Assembly (NCBI GenBank): GCA_034667725.1
Contig: JAXDQS010000002.1
Span: 1-64,000 of the forward strand
DNA: 64,000 bases
Origin: Thermoplasmata archaeon
Lineage (GTDB): Archaea; Thermoplasmatota; E2; JACPAO01; JAHFTW01
Reading direction: 5' to 3'
Numbering within the stretch: the first letter of the stretch is position 1; every line of letters starts with the position of its first letter. A program made the translations under genes and the position numbers. The notes under the pieces are model-generated. The model did not search any database. It was given only the letters and a program-made list of their open reading frames with translations, and was not told the DNA's origin. This document shows positions 58,913 through 64,000 of this stretch, in pieces.

Positions 58913-59761
58913 CTACTTCTTCAGCAGCTGCGTCAGCTTCGGCACGACTTGGTAGATGTCCCCCACGATGCCGTAGTCGGCCACCTGGAAGATGGGCGCG
59001 TCCTTGTTGGTGTTGATGGCGACGATGAGCTTCGAGCCGCGGATGCCGGCGATGTGCTGGATCTGGCCGGACACGCCGCACGCGATGTACGCCTTGGGCT
59101 TGATCTGGTGGCCGGACAGGCCGATCCAGTGCTCCTCGCCGAGCCACTTCAGGTCGGCCGCGATGGGGCGGCTGCACCCGACGGCGCCGCCGGGGAAGCA
59201 CTTGGCCAGTTCTTCGGCCATCTTGAGATCCCCCTGCGCCTTGAAGCCGCGGCCGACGCCGACGACGACGGGCGCGGAGCCGAGGTCGAAGCCGCCGGTG
59301 CGCTCGGGCTTGCGGCTCACGACCTTGACGCGGGAGCCCTTGAGCCCCTCGGCCTTGTGGCCGGTGGCCGCCGCGGCGCCGCCCTCGAAGGTCTTGGGGG
59401 TCACGGTGACGACGGCGGTCGGCCCCATGGTGTAGGTGGCCTTCGAGTTGCCCGACAGCACCATGCGCTCGACGGTCCAGTTGCCGGGCCCGCCGACGGA
59501 CTGGGCCTCGCCGGCGAACGGCCAGTCGAGGTGGGCGGCGGCGCGCGGGCCGACGTCCTTGCCCTTCTTGGTGGCGCCCACCAGGACGAGGTCGGCCTTG
59601 TGGTTGGTCGCGACGGTGGCCAGGGCGACGGCGATGGTGGCGGAGTCGTAGTCGGGGAGGGAGCCGATGTCGAGGGCGACGGCGGTGCCCAAGGTGTGGG
59701 CCTTGCCCAGGAGCTCGCCTTGGAGCTTGGGGTCGTCGGACCACACGAGGACGGTCGGCAT
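58913..59761 (-). CDS. etfA: Electron transfer flavoprotein alpha subunit
   Basis: GVGRG, GCSRP, IGLSG, GVSGQIQH..G, AIN...DAPIF..ADYGIVGD. Confidence 0.95.
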   Translation of the reverse strand: MPTVLVWSDDPKLQGELLGKAHTLGTAVALDIGSLPDYDSATIAVALATVATNHKADLVLVGATKKGKDVGPRAAAHLDWPFAGEAQSVGGPGNWTVERMVLSGNSKATYTMGPTAVVTVTPKTFEGGAAAATGHKAEGLKGSRVKVVSRKPERTGGFDLGSAPVVVGVGRGFKAQGDLKMAEELAKCFPGGAVGCSRPIAADLKWLGEEHWIGLSGHQIKPKAYIACGVSGQIQHIAGIRGSKLIVAINTNKDAPIFQVADYGIVGDIYQVVPKLTQLLKK

Positions 59762-60525
59762 CACGCCACCCCCTCTTTCCGCAGGGCGGCAAGCAGTTGC
59801 TCCGGGGCGTCGGCGCCGTTGAACACGACGTTCTTGCGGTCCTGCTTGGGCGCCTTGTTGCTGGTCATGGCCATGCGGCGGGCCAAGGCGGCGTCCTCGA
59901 CGCCCAGCTCGGCGCTCTTGACCTGGCGGATCGGCTTCTTGCCGGCCTGCAGGATCTGCATGAGGGCTGGTAGGCGGGGGCGGTTGGCCTCGTCGTTGAA
60001 GGTGGCGGCGCACGGCAGCGGCACCTCGACGGTCTCGGCCGGGTCGCCGTCGCGGGTGGCCGTGAGCATGCCGCCGGCGACGCCTTGGACCTCCTGGCAG
60101 TTGACCAGGCTCGGCATGTCAAGGAGCACGGCGACGCGCGGGCCGACCTCGCCGGCCACGCGGTCGATGCTGACCTCGCCGGCGAACACCAGGTCGGCGC
60201 CGTCCTTGCGGATGGCGGCGGCCAGCACCTTGGCGATGCCGGCGCCGTCCGTGTCCGGGCCCGTGATGACGACGGCCTCGTCGCAGCCCATCGCAAGCGG
60301 CTCCTTGATCAGGTTCAGGGCGTTGGGCCCCCCGTTGTATGTGTAGGCCGTGACCTTGGTGGCCTGGCCCTTCTCCTTCAGCTTGACCGCCGCCTCGATG
60401 GCGTTCTTGTCGAAGTCGGACACCTTCCACGGCAGGCCCTCCATCTTCGGGGACTGGGTGGCAGGGTCGATCTTGAGCTGCGTCACGTCGGGGGCCATCT
60501 TCACGAGGACGGCGACCTTGGTCAT
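59761..60525 (-). CDS. etfB: Electron transfer flavoprotein beta subunit
   Basis: VLVKMAPD, DKNAIEAAVKLKE, AMGCD, GEVSID, NRPRLP. Confidence 0.95.
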   Translation of the reverse strand: MTKVAVLVKMAPDVTQLKIDPATQSPKMEGLPWKVSDFDKNAIEAAVKLKEKGQATKVTAYTYNGGPNALNLIKEPLAMGCDEAVVITGPDTDGAGIAKVLAAAIRKDGADLVFAGEVSIDRVAGEVGPRVAVLLDMPSLVNCQEVQGVAGGMLTATRDGDPAETVEVPLPCAATFNDEANRPRLPALMQILQAGKKPIRQVKSAELGVEDAALARRMAMTSNKAPKQDRKNVVFNGADAPEQLLAALRKEGVA

Positions 60526-60559
60526 CGCCGTTTCTCAGGGGCCTGGGGTTGAAAACGGT

Positions 60560-62176
60560 TCAGCCTGGAAGCAGCGGGCGCGACCACGGGCTGGCCAGCG
60601 TTTCCGCGGACTTGCCCAAGAGGAGGCTGGCGGCGTCGGCCGGGATGCCCTGATCGGGCTGGCCGTAGTCCAGGACGACGTGGTAGTCGACGTCCTCCAT
60701 GACGCCGGCCGTCGGCGCGTACCAGGCCTGCCAGTCGGAGAAGAACATCTCCTCCTCGAACGCATCGATGCGGATGGTGGCCTCGTTGCCTTGCATGGGG
60801 GCGTCGACGGTGTTCTGGGGGCCTGAGACGTACAGGTTGCCCACGCCCTCCTCGACGGCCAGGGGCTGGCGCACGGCGGAGACCTCGAGGCTCAGGATGC
60901 CGGGGCGGACGGGCAGCAGCAGCTGGTCGCAGCCCAGGAAGTAGGTCGAGACCGTGGCGCAGCCGGCGGACACGGTGAGCTCGTAGCCGGCGACGACCTC
61001 GGTCTCCGCCTGCACCTCGTAGCCGTCGGCGGCGCGGGCGGTGGCCTCGACGAGGTAGCGGCCCGGCTGGTCGAGGGTCCACTCGGTGCTGGTGCCGGCG
61101 TCCTGCTGGACGATGTTGCCCGTCGAGTCGATGAGGCGCAGCACGACGCTGGAGACGCCCACGGCGTCGGCGGTGATGCGGACGGTGGGGGCTTCGGCGG
61201 CGTTGACCCAGGCCTCGCTGGCCTTGACGTCGAGCGAGACCGCGGGCTGGCCCTCGGAGGTCACGACCTGCGGCGTGCGGGGGGTCTTGACGGTCTCCAG
61301 CTTGTCCAGCGGCGTGGCGGCCTTCTCCTCCAAGGTGGCGCGGGTGAGGCGCACGGTGGCCGTCATGTCGGCCTCCATGTCGGCCTTGATGTCCTTGCCT
61401 TCCTGGGTGAAGCGGGCGAAGAGGCTCTGGGAGACCTCGGTGTCGTCGCGCACGATGTTGTGCAGCGAGGGGGCGTAGTAGACGGTGCGGGAGGCGGAGA
61501 TGTCGACCGAGAGGGAGCGCACCTCGATGCCTTCCTTGTCGGCGCTGGCGAGCATCATGTCCTTGATCTTGTCCTCGTCGAACGCGAAGTCGTGCTCGAT
61601 GCGCACGGCGTCGACGGGGCCGTTCGGGCCCTCGACGCTCTCCATGCCGTAGACGGTGGACTCGACGGTGACGCCCATGTCGAAGCCGATGGGGGAGTCG
61701 AAGTCGCGCAGCTCGCCGCGCCAGGTGTCGCCGCGCTCGAGGGGGAAGCGGAGCCAGGAATGGTCGTCGTGGCTGGCCTGGACCGACACGGTCGAGACCT
61801 CGGTGCCGGCGCTGTACACGGCGGCGGCCAGGGGCTGCAGGTCGGCCTGGCGGAAGGCGCGCACGTTGCGGTGGTTGTCCAGGGCGAGGTAGACCGGGAT
61901 GCCATCGACGGTGGTGGCGTCGAGCACGCGGTAGGCCGTCATGGGACGCTGGCCGACGGGCATGCCCTTGAACGGCTCCTCCTGGTGCTGGACCTCGCCG
62001 TCGACCTCGATGCGCGCGCTGCCGGAGCCCGTGAGCTCGACGGTGTAGTCGAAGGAGTAGCCCGGCTTCCAGCCCGCGTTGGGGATCGGGTCGAACGGGG
62101 CGCCGGAGGCGGTGCAGCCAGCGAAGGCGGCGGCCACGGCGAGGCAGGCGGCAAGGACGCAGAGGGACCGGTCCAT
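60560..62176 (-). CDS. Hypothetical lipoprotein with PKD-like segment
   Basis: FAGC lipobox; WKPGYSFDY; YYAPSLHNIV; PGRYLV. Confidence 0.75.
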   Translation of the reverse strand: MDRSLCVLAACLAVAAAFAGCTASGAPFDPIPNAGWKPGYSFDYTVELTGSGSARIEVDGEVQHQEEPFKGMPVGQRPMTAYRVLDATTVDGIPVYLALDNHRNVRAFRQADLQPLAAAVYSAGTEVSTVSVQASHDDHSWLRFPLERGDTWRGELRDFDSPIGFDMGVTVESTVYGMESVEGPNGPVDAVRIEHDFAFDEDKIKDMMLASADKEGIEVRSLSVDISASRTVYYAPSLHNIVRDDTEVSQSLFARFTQEGKDIKADMEADMTATVRLTRATLEEKAATPLDKLETVKTPRTPQVVTSEGQPAVSLDVKASEAWVNAAEAPTVRITADAVGVSSVVLRLIDSTGNIVQQDAGTSTEWTLDQPGRYLVEATARAADGYEVQAETEVVAGYELTVSAGCATVSTYFLGCDQLLLPVRPGILSLEVSAVRQPLAVEEGVGNLYVSGPQNTVDAPMQGNEATIRIDAFEEEMFFSDWQAWYAPTAGVMEDVDYHVVLDYGQPDQGIPADAASLLLGKSAETLASPWSRPLLPG

Positions 62177-62292
62177 CGGAGGGCGAGGTGCCGTGGCCCC
62201 GGAAAAACCTTGGCAGGCCGGCGCCGGCGCGGCGGCGGCATCCGCCACGGGGTTGCGAAGGGTTGTTGACGGCGCCCCGGTTGGGCCGGCCC

Positions 62293-62775
62293 ATGTCCCA
62301 GGTCCAAGCCGTGTCCCAGGTCGAAGCCCGCCTCCAGGCCGCCGGCCACCAGGTGCCGCCGCCGCACAAGCCGGCCGCCACCTACGTGCCCTGGACCCGG
62401 CAGGGCAACGTGATCTGGGTGTCCGGGCAGGTCCCGATGCGCGACGGCAAGGCCATCCTGGCCGGCAAGGTCGGCGCCGGCGTCACGGTCGCGCAAGGGC
62501 AGGAGATGGCGCGCGCCTGCGCCCTCAACGCCATCGCGGTGCTGAAGGAGGCCTCCGGCGGGCAGCTTGACAAGGTGCGCATCCTCAAGACCGTCAACTT
62601 CACGGCGGCGGCCCCCGGCTTCACCGACGTCCACGTGGTGGCCAACGGCGCCTCCGAGCTGTTCATCCTGGCGTTCGGGGAGGCCAAGGGCAAGCACGCG
62701 CGCTCCTCCGTCGGGGTCGCCGAGCTGCCGTTCAACGTGCCGTTCGAGTGCGAGGTCGTCGCGGTCGTCGAGTAG
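62293..62775 (+). CDS. RidA/YjgF family protein
   Basis: VSGQVP, VANGASEL...FGE..GKHARSSVGV..LP. Confidence 0.92.
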   Translation: MSQVQAVSQVEARLQAAGHQVPPPHKPAATYVPWTRQGNVIWVSGQVPMRDGKAILAGKVGAGVTVAQGQEMARACALNAIAVLKEASGGQLDKVRILKTVNFTAAAPGFTDVHVVANGASELFILAFGEAKGKHARSSVGVAELPFNVPFECEVVAVVE

Positions 62776-62921
62776 GCCGCGCCCAAACGTTCTCCGCCCG
62801 GCGAAAAAACCCGCCCCCTGGAGCCGGCGTGGGTTCGCCCCTTCGGATGACCCCCGGCGAAGCGTTTATGCCGGTGGCTTCGTGGACCGGTTCGCCCCTT
62901 TGGGGCAAGGACTGACGCACG

Positions 62922-63836
62922 ATGACCGAGACGCCGGCCACGACGCCCGAGACCATGACCGCCCCGACCGAGCCCGCCGGCGAAGTCGACGTGCGCAACC
63001 TCCAGAACAAGTTCAACGCCTTGCTGGACACGCGCAACCAGATGAACGACCTGGCCAAGGCCGCGCGCACCGACCGCGACATGCTCAACGAGCAGCGCCG
63101 CGTCAAGTCCCAGGAGATCGAGGAGCACAAGGTCAAGCGCGACGCCGCCAACGAGGTCATGCGCACCCACAAGGAGCTCCGCAACGCCTACCAGGACCAG
63201 GCCAAGGCGATGATCGCCGAGAAGAAGGGCAAGACCGGCAACATCGACCGCAGCCTCGCGTTGCAGGTCCGCAAGCTCCGCAACGACATCCAGGCGATGG
63301 TCGAGCAGCAGCAGACCACCATCCTGTCCCCGTCCAAGGAGAAGGTCCTGGTCGAGAAGATCCGCGACCTCTGGCTCGAGCTCAAGTCCAAGGAGGAGGA
63401 GCTCAAGAAGCAGAAGACGGTCGAGGTGGACCTCGGCGACGCCGACGCCTCCATCGACGCGCTGTTCGCCAAGGCGGACGAGGAGCACGCCAAGGTGTCC
63501 GCGGCCATGAAGGAGGCCACCGAGCACCACCAGAAGTTCGTGGCCGGCGTCAAGGAGGTTCGCGTCCTGGTCTCCGAGGCCAACAAGAAGCACGCCGAGT
63601 TCGTCGCCGCCAAGGAGAAGGCGGACGAGTCGCACAACAAGGCGATGGAGCTGCGGGAGAAGGTCATGGCGATCCGTGGCGAGCGCAAGGCCGCCTTCGA
63701 CGCCGAGCGCAAGGAGATCCAGCAGGTCAACCAGGTCGCGCGCCAGAACGTCGCCGACCCCCGCGCCCTCGACCGGCTCAAGGACCAGGCCCTGGAGCAG
63801 CTGAAGAAGGGCGGCAAGATTTCCCTCGGCTTCTGA
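62922..63836 (+). CDS. Archaeal coiled-coil protein (COG1340-like)
   Basis: RDxxN heptad repeats, QQTTILSPSKEK.LVEKI, KKGGKISL; TTTATG upstream. Confidence 0.85.
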   Translation: MTETPATTPETMTAPTEPAGEVDVRNLQNKFNALLDTRNQMNDLAKAARTDRDMLNEQRRVKSQEIEEHKVKRDAANEVMRTHKELRNAYQDQAKAMIAEKKGKTGNIDRSLALQVRKLRNDIQAMVEQQQTTILSPSKEKVLVEKIRDLWLELKSKEEELKKQKTVEVDLGDADASIDALFAKADEEHAKVSAAMKEATEHHQKFVAGVKEVRVLVSEANKKHAEFVAAKEKADESHNKAMELREKVMAIRGERKAAFDAERKEIQQVNQVARQNVADPRALDRLKDQALEQLKKGGKISLGF

Positions 63837-64000
63837 GGCCCACGCGAAGCGTGGCCGAGAGAAGCCGCAGCGGAAAGCTTGCCGCCTCGGCCCACTGTCC
63901 TCCGATGCGGCAGCGAGGAGGACAGGCGCGCCGGGCGGGAAAATCTCGCTTGGTTTCTGAGGGGCCGCGAAGCGCCCCGTGGAAACCACAGCCGGGATGT

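Overview
High-GC (~70% by eye) archaeal chromosome segment, most consistent with Thermoplasmatota: archaeal 16S 5' end, archaeal-type ThrRS, L11, Dph5, Trm5, split GMP synthase and Lhr, plus dnaK/grpE and many LAGC lipoproteins. It starts in the 5' end of a minus-strand 16S rRNA whose leader carries several TATA-like elements. Housekeeping genes occupy about 0.9-29 kb and 41-64 kb. Main points of interest: (1) an unannotated, highly structured ~350-nt intergenic RNA candidate at 1997-2348; (2) a ~12-kb lower-GC accessory island between dnaK and the grpE region, holding a complete Ubl-E2(CEHH)-JAB-E1 operon resembling type II Bil antiviral ubiquitination whose Ubl ends in -GKKA rather than Gly, an operon of two catalytically dead DEDDh paralogues plus one intact exonuclease, a wHTH + 2TM pair, a HEPN-like gene, a pseudogene and a Cys/Pro-repeat secreted protein; (3) a tandem array of seven full-length paralogous surface lipoproteins with conserved ends and variable cores, plus one short relative; (4) an orphan rpl11 lacking a proline in the thiopeptide-binding loop and a basic two-repeat putative DNA-binding protein. 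No CRISPR array, tRNA or integrase was seen. All assignments are by-eye motif recognition; no searches were run.
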